Of a DNA stretch of 64,000 nt, positions 17,484 to 27,320 are shown piece after piece. Both the position numbers and the translations under genes were made by a program. Below the pieces are notes generated by a model, which made no database searches, had not been told where the DNA came from, and worked only from the letters and a program-made list of their open reading frames with translations. Source of the DNA: a virus; the IMG/VR virus record IMGVR_UViG_3300050139_000358, positions 7,459-71,458 of that record; one strand, written 5' to 3'. Every line of letters starts with the position of its first letter. Position 1 is the first letter of the stretch.

Positions 17484-18364
17484 CCCTGATCGATGCCATC
17501 CGTGAGCACTACCACCAGTTCAAAGACCTGCAAAGCGCGGAGACGCGCCTGACGTTGCAGATCAAGGCGCTGTGCCGCCGCGCGTGCGGCGAACAGGTGA
17601 AAGAAAATACGGAAGACGAGGAAGACAAGGCCGCCAAGACAAAGGCGGACAATGTGTATGCCGAGGTGGTCAAGTCCATCAAAGACGGGACGGAAGACGC
17701 TTTGAGCGCAGAGGCGCAAGTCGTGTCGCAAGTGGCGATCCCGCTGATGGCGGCGCGGGCCAGCATTCACCGCGCCAGCCTTGGCCCTAAGGGAGAGGGT
17801 GAAAAGCTGTGCAAGCAGTTGACGCACATTGTTCCGTTTGTCGAGTCCATTAAGGGGTTCTCCTATGGCGGGCTGTCGATGATTATCGGAGAGGCGGGCG
17901 ACTTATCCAACTACGCGAATCCGGCAAAGCTGTGGAAGCGCATGGGGCTTGCGCCATTCACCAAGGGCGATAGGGTTCAATGCGGAAAAACATGGCGCAC
18001 CGGGGGCGGGCTGAATGCGGAAGACTGGACAGCCTTCGGATATTCGCCGCGCCGCCGCTCCGTCATGTTTCAGATCGCCGACAGCATGATGAAGCACCAG
18101 ATCAGAACCGATAAGGACGAGGACGGCAAAAAGCTGGAAACATCGATCGCAACTGGGTATTACGGCGAGGTGTATTTGGCTCGCAAGCAGTATTTGATTG
18201 AGCGCAATAAGGGAGAAGGCTTAACTGTGCGACCTGCCGCAAAGATCAACAAAAAGAACGAAGCGACCTCGGTCAGTCTTGGGAAAATTCACCATCAGGC
18301 GAAGCAATTTACTGAAAAGCGTTTGCTGCTTGACCTATGGAAGGCATGGAACCAGCGCCCATAA
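17279..18364 (+). CDS. IS110/Nop-domain RNA-binding protein without nuclease domain (TasA-like)
   Basis: Coiled coil, then FVESIKGFSYGGLSMIIGEAGDLSNYANPAKLWKRMGLAP...GYSPRRRS...YLARKQY...KRLLLDLWKAW (Transposase_20/Nop-like). No DEDD RuvC or HNH seen. AAGGAG RBS. Confidence 0.8.
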   Translation: MSAVQTVSRGKASLALMPIEYVPTPSHPIGVVGHIAIDAHVADADDSNHFDADGHNRSDALESAAARVTLIDAIREHYHQFKDLQSAETRLTLQIKALCRRACGEQVKENTEDEEDKAAKTKADNVYAEVVKSIKDGTEDALSAEAQVVSQVAIPLMAARASIHRASLGPKGEGEKLCKQLTHIVPFVESIKGFSYGGLSMIIGEAGDLSNYANPAKLWKRMGLAPFTKGDRVQCGKTWRTGGGLNAEDWTAFGYSPRRRSVMFQIADSMMKHQIRTDKDEDGKKLETSIATGYYGEVYLARKQYLIERNKGEGLTVRPAAKINKKNEATSVSLGKIHHQAKQFTEKRLLLDLWKAWNQRP

Positions 18365-18442
18365 ATTAAAACGCCCCCATAAAATAATTATGAGAGCGCC
18401 CCCGACAAGGTGAATCTTAGCATAATTTTGAATGGAGGCAGA

Positions 18443-19069
18443 ATGTCGTTAACTTCAAATAGGGTAGATCAGGCCAATGTAGTCAAGAACATTGGTAAAA
18501 GGATGAGGGAGGCGCGCGACCTTTGCAATTTGTCGCAGAGCGTGGCCGCCAAGCGGTTCGGGTACTCAAACCCTTCGAAGCTGTCGAAGGTTGAGGGGGC
18601 GACCGATACCAACTCTGTCCCGTTGTGGCTGATTGTTGAGGCATCACGAATTTATGAAGTCTCGATAGACTACCTGTTTGGAGTTTCGGACGATTGGGAA
18701 ACAGGCGCCCGGATGACGCAAGAGCGCGATGTGTCCCAATGGCTGTTCAATACCTGGGAGAAGATGCGCACGCGCGATATGTCTGTGTTGAAGGAGCTAC
18801 ATAGCGACGTAGAGCTGATGGATAGGGTGACTACCCTGACGCTGGAGCACTTGGAAAACATTGACGCGGCGATGCGGCGTTACATCGAACTGAATCCGCA
18901 GTTTGAGGATATGCGGGGCGGTGTCAGGCTGGAGGCGACTATTGTTGAGGCTCTGGGTTATGCGCGCGAGTCCAGAAAGAAAATGGATCGGTTTCGCGGG
19001 AAGTGCAAAAACAGGGCGGCGGAAAGCAATCAACTGACGCTGTGCCTGGAATCAGAGAAGGAAGCTTGA
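18443..19069 (+). CDS. XRE-family HTH transcriptional regulator
   Basis: IGKRMREAR...LSQSVAAKRFGYSNPSKLSKVE...VSIDYLFG. GGAGG RBS. Confidence 0.8.
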   Translation: MSLTSNRVDQANVVKNIGKRMREARDLCNLSQSVAAKRFGYSNPSKLSKVEGATDTNSVPLWLIVEASRIYEVSIDYLFGVSDDWETGARMTQERDVSQWLFNTWEKMRTRDMSVLKELHSDVELMDRVTTLTLEHLENIDAAMRRYIELNPQFEDMRGGVRLEATIVEALGYARESRKKMDRFRGKCKNRAAESNQLTLCLESEKEA

Positions 19070-19070
19070 C

Positions 19071-19898
19071 ATGGCTGCAAAACCGAAACTTACCGCCGAG
19101 CAGTGGGCGGAAGTCAGAACTCGGTGGGAGACTGATGCGCGCAAAGGGTTTCCGTGGCTTATTGATGAGCTATCACTCCCAGTCAGTGCAGAGGCGATAC
19201 GCCTACGCTCAAAAAGTGAATCATGGGAGAAAGGAAAAGGCTCCAATGGCGCCGGGAAGAAGGCTGCTGCTGGGAAAAAAGCAAAGCCAGTAGCCAAGCT
19301 TGCGGGTAAATCCAAGCTTGGAGGATTGAAAGAATCCAAGCTTGGAGATTCTGAATCGGAAAAGAATGCCGTAGGAAGGCCGACCCTGTATCGCGATGAG
19401 TATGCCGAGCAGGCTAAAGGCGCATGCTTAATGGGGGCGGATGATGCAAAGCTGGCTGAGTTATTCGATGTTACCGAGCAGACCATTAATAACTGGAAGC
19501 ATGACCACCCTGTTTTTTTTGAGTCCTTAAAGGAAGGGAAGGAAGTAGCAGATGCTAATGTTGCATCAGCGCTTTATATGCGTGCGGTTGGCTGTTCTCA
19601 TCCTGATGTCCATGTCAGCAATTTCCAAGGTTCAATAACCGTCACGCCGATCACCAAGCATTACCCGCCTGAGACAGCAGCTGGTATTTTCTGGTTGAAG
19701 AATCGCCAGCCCAAGCTCTGGAAGGATAGGGTCGAGATCAAGGAAGAGATCAATCTGAATGTGTTTCCGCCAAGGGAAGTGCTGCAAGAGCTATATGACG
19801 CATCGCTCAAACGCTCAACCGAGAAGGCGGCAATCCTTGCCGGCCGCCGAGAGCGCCTTGGAATCGTAATTGACCAACAGGATCAAGATGGCGACTAA
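19071..19898 (+). CDS. Terminase small subunit
   Basis: GRPTLY...LAELFDV.EQTINNWK..HP.F...HYPPETAAGIFWLKNRQP..W.D. Precedes terL. Confidence 0.8.
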   Translation: MAAKPKLTAEQWAEVRTRWETDARKGFPWLIDELSLPVSAEAIRLRSKSESWEKGKGSNGAGKKAAAGKKAKPVAKLAGKSKLGGLKESKLGDSESEKNAVGRPTLYRDEYAEQAKGACLMGADDAKLAELFDVTEQTINNWKHDHPVFFESLKEGKEVADANVASALYMRAVGCSHPDVHVSNFQGSITVTPITKHYPPETAAGIFWLKNRQPKLWKDRVEIKEEINLNVFPPREVLQELYDASLKRSTEKAAILAGRRERLGIVIDQQDQDGD

Positions 19899-21408
19899 GC
19901 CTTTATTGTTGCCGGAAGACCCGCGCTGGATTGAGTTCTGCAAGGAATACGCCGAGAGCGCCGAGCGGTTCGCCAGAGAAGTGCAGGGGGTTGACCCGTC
20001 TGAGCAGCAAGTTCACCTGTTCACCCAGGTGTCGGCATCCCGGTCTAGGGTTTCTGTGTCGTCTGGCCATGGCACGGGTAAAACCTTCTCGCTATCCAAT
20101 ATCGTCCTGTGGCATCTGCTGTGCTACCCGATGTCGGTCACGCTATTGACGGCGAACGACATGGATCAGCTCAAGGCTACGCTGTGGAAGGAAATCGGCG
20201 TCGCCCTGGAGCGTATCCGGCGCGGCCCGCATGGCTGGATTGCCGATCACGTTGAGATTCTGGCAAATGCGACATGCCGGATCGTCGGGTTTGAGCAGGT
20301 CTGGTTTGTAGAAAGCAAGACTGCGAACGAGAAAACGGCAAACAAGATGGCCGGCCGCCACGGTGAATGGCTGCTGGTTATCGGCGATGAGGCGTCAACC
20401 CTTCCGGATAACGTGCTTACCACACTGACCGGTGCGCTGACTGAGCAGCACAACCGGATGCTGTTGACCAGCCAGCCCACGCGCAACGCCGGGTTCTTTT
20501 ATCGCACGCACAACGACCTTGCTATTCAAAACGGCGGGGAGTGGATTCCTATGGTGTTCGACTCGTTCGATTCGCCATTTGTGAGCGACGATTCGCTGAT
20601 GGAGCTGTGGAACTCCTACGACGACGACGAGCGAAACGTGCGCCTGCTGGGGAGATTCCCGCAGGACTCGTCAAAGCACATGATGAGCCTGAAGGTTGCT
20701 GAATCACTGTACCAGCGTGGCCGGATTATCAAGGATGGCGAGAATTTCGGCTGGTTTGTCCTGGGCGACATCGCTTCAGGTGAGGGATTACGGGATAAAT
20801 CGTCATGCGTGGTCGCTCGTGTCACCGGCTACGGAGACATGGGGCCGGATGCGCGCCGCGTCGAGGTTGTCGAAGTTCCGATCCTGACCAACAAGATTCG
20901 CTCGAACCTGTTTGCCGGGTCGCTGGCGGATGAAGGCGCAAACCTTGAGAGCGTCACCTACGTGATCGACTCGGGCGGACTGGGCATCAACGTCTGCCAA
21001 GACCTTGAGGATATGGGCAAGGTTGTCCACCGAGTGAATTGGGGGAGTCCTTGCTTCAAGAAGAAGAACAAAGACCGATACCTGAACCTTCGGGCGCAGG
21101 CCATGCACCAGGCGGCGCGCGCGGCGAAGGAGGGGCGGCTGTCTGTGCTGACCCAGAACTACCGGAATGTGCTGCTGAACCAGTCTTCGCGGATCCCCAA
21201 GAACTTCACTGACAAGGGGCGGATTCGTGTTCCTCCGAAAGGGTCGGTCGAGTGGGATGGACTGAGCAGCCCAGACTTATGGGACAGCATCTGTTTTGCT
21301 TTCCTTGAGGACGCAAACTACATGGTGTGCGAGGGCGGCGTGAAGGCGGCGGATGGACTGGTTGAGTCAGCTATGGCGCGGGCAGAGAGTCTGTTTGCGG
21401 ATGTTTAA
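19888..21408 (+). CDS. Terminase large subunit (P1 PacB-like)
   Basis: Walker A SGHGTGKT, Walker B VIGDEAS, C-terminal SPDLWDS. Confidence 0.9.
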   Translation: MATKPLLLPEDPRWIEFCKEYAESAERFAREVQGVDPSEQQVHLFTQVSASRSRVSVSSGHGTGKTFSLSNIVLWHLLCYPMSVTLLTANDMDQLKATLWKEIGVALERIRRGPHGWIADHVEILANATCRIVGFEQVWFVESKTANEKTANKMAGRHGEWLLVIGDEASTLPDNVLTTLTGALTEQHNRMLLTSQPTRNAGFFYRTHNDLAIQNGGEWIPMVFDSFDSPFVSDDSLMELWNSYDDDERNVRLLGRFPQDSSKHMMSLKVAESLYQRGRIIKDGENFGWFVLGDIASGEGLRDKSSCVVARVTGYGDMGPDARRVEVVEVPILTNKIRSNLFAGSLADEGANLESVTYVIDSGGLGINVCQDLEDMGKVVHRVNWGSPCFKKKNKDRYLNLRAQAMHQAARAAKEGRLSVLTQNYRNVLLNQSSRIPKNFTDKGRIRVPPKGSVEWDGLSSPDLWDSICFAFLEDANYMVCEGGVKAADGLVESAMARAESLFADV

Positions 21409-21409
21409 G

Positions 21410-21449
21410 GGAAAACCGCACCAGAAACGCTAATCAGTAGTGCGAACAT
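21410..21449 (+). promoter_or_regulatory. Putative late promoter (GGAAAAC-N27-GAACAT)
   Basis: One of six intergenic copies of the same architecture. Confidence 0.55.
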
Positions 21450-21480
21450 TGCGTGAGTATATTCATAAGGAGTCCGCGCT

Positions 21481-22299
21481 ATGGAAACCCCAGTTATTCG
21501 CTACAACCTCAAAGACCGTGGCCGCAAGCATGTCGGTCAAGAGCGCAATTTCAACATCAGGGCGATTTGCGACGCCATCAACAGCCCGGCGTGCCAGGAG
21601 CGCGTATCGACGCGAGGAATGGCCGGGTACTACGGCCACATGCCGCGCATCCGCTATGGCATGAATCCAGTTGAAGGGGTAATCGACGGCGGCAAGTACG
21701 TTCCGGTCGAGCCAGCCTTTGTGACCACCTACCTGAAGGCGGATTACGACGGCAATGTGGAGCACCGGGCAGAGTTCCTTGATACCACCGCAGGTAGGCT
21801 GGCGGCGAAGCTGTTTGACGGGAAGATGGGCGGGTTTTCAACCGCAATCGACACGTCAAAGCCTGAGTTTTTCGGGCTTGACTACGTTCTGGAGCCCAAT
21901 TTCGTCAAAAACTCCTATCGCGGCATCGCGCTGGATGACATCGGCGGCATGACTTACGATGATGTGTTCTCAGCTGAACAGAATGAGCAGGCGCAAAGCA
22001 TGATTGTGCTGCTGGATAGCGTCAACGCAGAGCGCGAAGCCACCGGAGCCGTCATTGAGCGCCTGCAAGCCGAAAACGAGCAGCTTATTTCGATGCTTGC
22101 CAGCAAGGGGGTCGATGCGGTATCCGTGCTGGATTCCGTTTCTATTATGCCGGTCGCCGTCTCTGTTGATGCAGCTGAGCGCATGAATCGCGATGCCAAG
22201 CTCTTCATGGGAGCCGATTTGCCCGCGTTTATTGAGCCGGTGGAGCCAAAACAGTCCGATCCGCTCTATGACCGGCTGCTTGGCAAGTTCACCCGGTAA
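21481..22299 (+). CDS. Prohead protease / head processing protein (P1 Pro-like)
   Basis: GYYGH..R, H.AEFLDT..G, GGFSTA, FFGLDYVLEPNF motifs. Confidence 0.7.
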   Translation: METPVIRYNLKDRGRKHVGQERNFNIRAICDAINSPACQERVSTRGMAGYYGHMPRIRYGMNPVEGVIDGGKYVPVEPAFVTTYLKADYDGNVEHRAEFLDTTAGRLAAKLFDGKMGGFSTAIDTSKPEFFGLDYVLEPNFVKNSYRGIALDDIGGMTYDDVFSAEQNEQAQSMIVLLDSVNAEREATGAVIERLQAENEQLISMLASKGVDAVSVLDSVSIMPVAVSVDAAERMNRDAKLFMGADLPAFIEPVEPKQSDPLYDRLLGKFTR

Positions 22300-22305
22300 T
22301 CGTCC

Positions 22306-23031
22306 ATGCTTGAACCCGTCAAATCCGCGTTAGGTGACTACATGGGCGGCTTCTACGCTGCCATTGTGCCAACTACCAAGCCGCTTGAGAGCTACGTCAC
22401 GCGCGGCTTGGCAAAAAGCATCGTGTGGGCTCCAGCGCGCATGGTTGATTCAGCTGAGGAAATGCTGGCTTCCTGGCAGCGGAACGATACCGACGGTGCC
22501 GCGACTAAGCCTGCGCACCTCCCAGTCATCATCGTTTCAATGTCCAAGGACTATGTGCCAACTGGGCGGGATTACACGCACCAGGTCGCCGAGTCGGTAA
22601 TGATGATCCTGCCGGGTGACGTGAAAGAGCGCGTGTTCGGTGTGCGTGCCATGGCGGGCGACATCCGGGCGCAGATTGCGATATTTTCCCAGGACGAACC
22701 AACCGCGCGATCGCTGGCGGCTCAATTCATCCTGTTTCTGGATGCAGTCCCAAACCGACGATTCAATGCGCTCTATGCTTTCGCCGGGCAAACTCTTTAC
22801 TGGCCCGTGCAGGTCGAGTCGCCAGATTCTCCGGCCATGTCTATCCAGACAGATGCGAAGAACCTCACTATTCTCGCCATCGACATCACACTGAAGGCTG
22901 AAATACCGCTCTTCGATGCTCCGGCCGTCGGCCAGCCGAATGATGGGAAGGGAACGCCGGGTACCGCCGATCCTGCCGGGTATCCATTGACTGATCAGGT
23001 GAATTACGCCAAGCAAGAGGCGCGCGGATGA
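22306..23031 (+). CDS. Putative tail/neck structural protein
   Basis: 241-aa ORF in the morphogenesis operon. Confidence 0.55.
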   Translation: MLEPVKSALGDYMGGFYAAIVPTTKPLESYVTRGLAKSIVWAPARMVDSAEEMLASWQRNDTDGAATKPAHLPVIIVSMSKDYVPTGRDYTHQVAESVMMILPGDVKERVFGVRAMAGDIRAQIAIFSQDEPTARSLAAQFILFLDAVPNRRFNALYAFAGQTLYWPVQVESPDSPAMSIQTDAKNLTILAIDITLKAEIPLFDAPAVGQPNDGKGTPGTADPAGYPLTDQVNYAKQEARG

Positions 23032-23516
23032 TCCAGATTCAAGCCACCATCACCGGGTACGGCGGGCGAGCATGCAGCCTGTTTTCAGCCTTTGATACCG
23101 ACGCAAAGGTGCTGATCGTTGGTGCCGAGGCAGAATATCGCGCCCAGCGCCGAGAGAATTGCATCGTGCTGACCAATGATCCAGAAATTCAGCGCGATAG
23201 CCTGTTCTCCGATGCAGACCTGCGCAACGCCATTTCCGCATTCTTTTCCCTGAAGTCCGGCGTCGCGGCGGATGGCAAGAGCTCGCGCATTGCATTCTCC
23301 GAGCGCGCCGCGCGCGCCAATCCTGAGCAGTCCATCGAGAAGGACGGTATTGATGCGGGCGGGCCGCGCTTCCGTGTTGCCGAGGGCGTGACCTGTGGGC
23401 AGATTGCTGCGCTGGCGACGTGCTTGCATGCCCTGCGTGCCGATACCGTAGAGCGCACCGTGAAGATGGCGGAGTCGTTCAAATTCCTTGCGCACGGCGG
23501 AATTTTGACGATATGA
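23028..23516 (+). CDS. Hypothetical phage protein
   Basis: Coupled ORF in the late operon. Confidence 0.65.
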   Translation: MIQIQATITGYGGRACSLFSAFDTDAKVLIVGAEAEYRAQRRENCIVLTNDPEIQRDSLFSDADLRNAISAFFSLKSGVAADGKSSRIAFSERAARANPEQSIEKDGIDAGGPRFRVAEGVTCGQIAALATCLHALRADTVERTVKMAESFKFLAHGGILTI

Positions 23517-23526
23517 AAGGCATGCC

Positions 23527-23859
23527 ATGATCGACAAAGACCCGCGCGCAGCAAAGTCGTTTTACCGGGAAGTGCTCAAGTTTTCCGAGACTACCAAGCC
23601 TTGGCAGCCGCATATCTCATACGAAACCAAGCCGGACGAAATGTGGGACTTGTCGCTGGTGTCACAGCGCGTGTATGGAAGGCGCGATGAATTCCTTGCC
23701 ATCATGGCGGCGGCAGAGCTGGACACGGTAGATCAGCCTTTGCCGCAAAAGCGCCTTACCCTTCCAACCGAAGGACAGCTCTATGCAATCAAGCGTCGCA
23801 CCGGGTTTGAGTCCATCGCCGCATATCGCGAAGGATTCGCGCCCACATGGTCGGCGTAA
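23527..23859 (+). CDS. Baseplate protein, P1 gp26/gpX-like
   Basis: PDE.WDLSLVSQRVYG.......AAA.L....Q.L....L.LP pattern. Confidence 0.55.
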   Translation: MIDKDPRAAKSFYREVLKFSETTKPWQPHISYETKPDEMWDLSLVSQRVYGRRDEFLAIMAAAELDTVDQPLPQKRLTLPTEGQLYAIKRRTGFESIAAYREGFAPTWSA

Positions 23860-23868
23860 GGAGCGGAC

Positions 23869-24957
23869 ATGCTAGGAAAGATTAAAGGCCATGTTGGAGA
23901 AGCCAAGGGGCGCTCCGCAACGGATGCACAGCAGCGTATAGATGCTGAGAAGTCGCCGCGCTCAATAATCCTCACTAAGAACGAGGTGCAAGGAGAGTGG
24001 GATGCAAGCCGAGTACTGCATACCACGCTGGGCGGTGGGGGAAACATTACTGCTGACCACTTAGCAGCTTTCCGCCAAAATATACGAATTGCGCAGAATA
24101 AATTCAAAGGTTCAGGCATCACTGCACGGCAGGTTATTGATGCATCCTCTTCACGCCAACTCAAGTATGTGCATGCAAAAGACAATGATGGCGCGCGCAG
24201 CGATTTGGACAAAGCGCGCAGCGAAATTACTATGGCCGTACCGGTGTCGGCCATGAATGGAGATGTCAGGTTCATCACCAATGCGGGCAAGGATTCTAAG
24301 GTTACTCGGCACCATGTGCTGGTGCGCTTCAATGCCTTTGCCGATGCGGTCAACAAGCTCATGGCATCTACTGTTAAAGACCGAAAAGACCCAAAGCAGG
24401 CCGCGAACTGGCTGCGCAAGCAAAAGCTGGCTTTCGATTGTGACTGTGAGCGGCATCGCTACTTCCTGAGATATGTCTCCACCATCGGCGGGTTTAATGC
24501 CGGTAGGCCAGAGCATGGCTATCCGAAAATACGCAATCCAGGATTGAAAGGCGTGGCGTGCAAGCATGTCCTGCGCGTCATGGCGGAGATCGACACGTCT
24601 GGTACGGTATGGAGTTTCCTGACAAAGCACATGGAAAGGCTGCAGGCGTCATCCGATAACACGGCACGGACACAGCTCAAGCAGAAAGAAGCCGAGGAAG
24701 CCGCAGCCAATCAAAAGGGAAGCAAGATTAAAACGGGCAGGCAGCGTGCCGCAGAACGCCGCAAGGCGCAGGAAAAGACCGCGATGCGCGAAGCTGTAAA
24801 AGCTGCCGAAAAAGCGCCTAGAAAGACATCTAGATCGCGTCAGAGTGATGCGGCAATTTCAACAGGAAGCGTGACTAAAATGCAAATCGCCATATGGAAG
24901 AAAGTCGGATTAAGTGATGCTGAAATTTCAGTCATCGTAGCGAGCCGTAAAGGATAA
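23869..24957 (+). CDS. P1 gp25-like protein with SWIM-type Zn motif
   Basis: CDCERHRYFLRY...E.GYPKIRNP.LKGVACKHVL. Confidence 0.6.
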   Translation: MLGKIKGHVGEAKGRSATDAQQRIDAEKSPRSIILTKNEVQGEWDASRVLHTTLGGGGNITADHLAAFRQNIRIAQNKFKGSGITARQVIDASSSRQLKYVHAKDNDGARSDLDKARSEITMAVPVSAMNGDVRFITNAGKDSKVTRHHVLVRFNAFADAVNKLMASTVKDRKDPKQAANWLRKQKLAFDCDCERHRYFLRYVSTIGGFNAGRPEHGYPKIRNPGLKGVACKHVLRVMAEIDTSGTVWSFLTKHMERLQASSDNTARTQLKQKEAEEAAANQKGSKIKTGRQRAAERRKAQEKTAMREAVKAAEKAPRKTSRSRQSDAAISTGSVTKMQIAIWKKVGLSDAEISVIVASRKG

Positions 24958-24962
24958 TCAAC

Positions 24963-25454
24963 ATGCTCACCAATGTACCGGCAGCAGTAAATCGTATGGC
25001 GCGCAACGTCATCATAAATCACCCGAATGCATGGTCTTGCCAAGTATTTAGGAGGTCTGTCACCCGTTCTGGTGCAGTGGTAAGCGGACTTCCGACACTT
25101 GGAGGTCTTGGCGTGATGGATGCTGAAGATGAAGATCAGATTACCTTCGTGCACCTGGGAAACGGGTTTGCATTGGAGGCGGAAGCATTTTCACCATCGC
25201 TGATGATGGATCGGCAGGATGCCAACAACGGCGCAATGAGCGAGTTTAGATTCTTGATCGAGCCAGAGCACCCCACTGGGATGCCGGGAAACTTCGACGT
25301 GCGCAATCGCGACGTGATGATGTTGATATTCTCCGACAGCGTGAGGATTGCCTATGAAATTGTCGGCGTTGAAACCACGCTCAATATCCCGCCGTATGTC
25401 ACGCGCTACATTGCCAACCGCAGCAGCTATCTGGACGTGCTGCCAGTAGTGTAA
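24963..25454 (+). CDS. Putative head-tail/structural protein
   Basis: 163-aa ORF with AAGGA RBS, followed by a terminator. Confidence 0.6.
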   Translation: MLTNVPAAVNRMARNVIINHPNAWSCQVFRRSVTRSGAVVSGLPTLGGLGVMDAEDEDQITFVHLGNGFALEAEAFSPSLMMDRQDANNGAMSEFRFLIEPEHPTGMPGNFDVRNRDVMMLIFSDSVRIAYEIVGVETTLNIPPYVTRYIANRSSYLDVLPVV

Positions 25455-25476
25455 AGCATATAAACAGCATGCCAGC

Positions 25477-25500
25477 GCCGCCTTCGGGCGGTTTTTTATT
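25477..25500 (+). terminator. Intrinsic terminator
   Basis: GCCGCC-TTCG-GGCGGT followed by TTTTTATT. Confidence 0.85.
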
Positions 25501-25525
25501 GGGCGTGGGCATGCTTTGTAAACAC

Positions 25526-25565
25526 GGAAAACCCCCCGTTTCGGATATTTCCTCACTTTCATAAT
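25526..25565 (+). promoter_or_regulatory. Putative late promoter (GGAAAAC-N27-CATAAT)
   Basis: Upstream of the major capsid gene. Confidence 0.6.
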
Positions 25566-25630
25566 GCCACCTGAGTCAGCTACATGGCTGGCGTTTCCAG
25601 TGTTTGAACTTTCCGAAAAGGACAATTGAT

Positions 25631-27295
25631 ATGACCAAGCGCATCCATCAGGATTACTTCAAGCGCGAAACCGCCGAAGTAGCCACTTTCATCGACAACC
25701 TGAAGGACAATGCCGTTAAGGCTGGCACCTTCGATTCTGCCGCTGCCGCCGATTTCATGGCATCAGCAGGAAACCAAAGCACGGGCGTGAAGATTCCCGA
25801 CAATCTTCAGGCTGTTCTGGATGAAGTGAAGGGCGACGGCGCTGCCATCGTTACCCGCGCCATCCTCGACGGCGTTAATGCCTATGAATCGCAACACGGC
25901 AGCGCTGCTCCGGCTGACGTGATCGAACAAGCGTTGCATCTGGCCTACGCGACCACTGACGGTGCGCGTCGCAAGTACAGTCTGGATTCTGCAAACAGCA
26001 ACGCATCTGATGCGATGGGTTTGCAACCGAACCGCGCAGTTGTGGCGATTCTGTCCGCGATGGGTGATGCAATTCCGTTCGCGCACTATCTGCCAGCTGA
26101 CATCGGTTCGAATGAAGCAGTTCTGGCAATCATGAGCCACAACGCCGGTAGCACCTACGGTCGTTATGCTCAAGGCGGCCTGATGGATGGCTCGTTGTCC
26201 GGCGATTCGTATGTGTCGTCTTCGCGCATCAATAAATCGATGCCTGTTGTAACCACCGGCGCTGTTACCGGCGCGCTGACCTCGATTCAGGACACTGACG
26301 AAACCTGCGCAGGCGGTGTAACTGTCAAGCTGTTGCGTGGCCGTTCGCTGGTTTATGTGAATGGCGTAGTTGCAGCCAAGGAAGTTGACACAACCGGATC
26401 CGGCAACTCCACAGTGAGCGGCATGATTACCGTCGCTGGCACCAGCTACAGCATCGGCGGAACGATCAACACCGACACCGGCGTTTACGCGCTGACTACC
26501 ACCCCGGCATTGCCGATCACCGTTCCTGTCGTCGTGGAAGGCTTCATCGACTACGAGCGTTCGCCTGAATTGACCCCATCCATCATCACTGCGGTCAATA
26601 CCTACAAGCTGCATGCGAAACCATGGCGCGTTACCACAAGCCAAACCATCGACAGCCGCACTCAGATGGCGAACGAACTGGGACTCGACCCCTACAGCGA
26701 AAGCGTCATCGCGATTCAGGCGCAGTTTGCCAACGAACGCCATTACGAAGTGCTGGCCAAGGCCCGCCGTCTGGCTGCCAACAACCAGTCCGATTTCGAC
26801 TTCCAGTGGGCAGCCCGTTCCGCACAGTTGAACCGCTCGCAAATCTGGCTGGACTTCGCGTCCGTGCTGGGTGCTGCGTCTCAACAAATGGCGATCGATA
26901 CCATGAACCACGGTATCACTCACCTGTATGTTGGCAAACGACTGGCTGCTCAGCTGATGGGCCTGCCGCGTGAAGTGTTCGAACCGTCCGGTGTTGCAGA
27001 GCGTCCTTGCATCTTCCGTATCGGTCGTTTGTTTGGTCGTTACGAGGTGTACTACACACCAAAGGGCGTTACCGAGACTTCGACTTCCGGCCAGGTGTTG
27101 TGTATCGGTCGTGCAACCGACGTAACACGCAACCCGTTCATCCTGGGCGATGCAGTTCCTCCAACAGTGGTTCCGTTGGCAGTCGGTGCAGACTTGCGTC
27201 AAGGTGCAGGCTTCTATGCCCGCAACTTCACGGCAGTCAACCCGAACGCTCAGTCGTCACTGGGTTGTGCGCTGATCAACGTCATCAACAACTAA
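25631..27295 (+). CDS. Major capsid protein (P1 gp23-like)
   Basis: About 555 aa with apparently highly biased codons. Own promoter, followed by the sheath gene as in the P1 23-22-21 order. Confidence 0.75.
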   Translation: MTKRIHQDYFKRETAEVATFIDNLKDNAVKAGTFDSAAAADFMASAGNQSTGVKIPDNLQAVLDEVKGDGAAIVTRAILDGVNAYESQHGSAAPADVIEQALHLAYATTDGARRKYSLDSANSNASDAMGLQPNRAVVAILSAMGDAIPFAHYLPADIGSNEAVLAIMSHNAGSTYGRYAQGGLMDGSLSGDSYVSSSRINKSMPVVTTGAVTGALTSIQDTDETCAGGVTVKLLRGRSLVYVNGVVAAKEVDTTGSGNSTVSGMITVAGTSYSIGGTINTDTGVYALTTTPALPITVPVVVEGFIDYERSPELTPSIITAVNTYKLHAKPWRVTTSQTIDSRTQMANELGLDPYSESVIAIQAQFANERHYEVLAKARRLAANNQSDFDFQWAARSAQLNRSQIWLDFASVLGAASQQMAIDTMNHGITHLYVGKRLAAQLMGLPREVFEPSGVAERPCIFRIGRLFGRYEVYYTPKGVTETSTSGQVLCIGRATDVTRNPFILGDAVPPTVVPLAVGADLRQGAGFYARNFTAVNPNAQSSLGCALINVINN

Positions 27296-27320
27296 TCGCT
27301 AACCAATAAGGAGCACCAAT

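Noticed and set aside
17279-18364. Active IS110 insertion sequence
   Set aside because: No DEDD catalytic domain is visible and the gene is translationally coupled within the phage operon.
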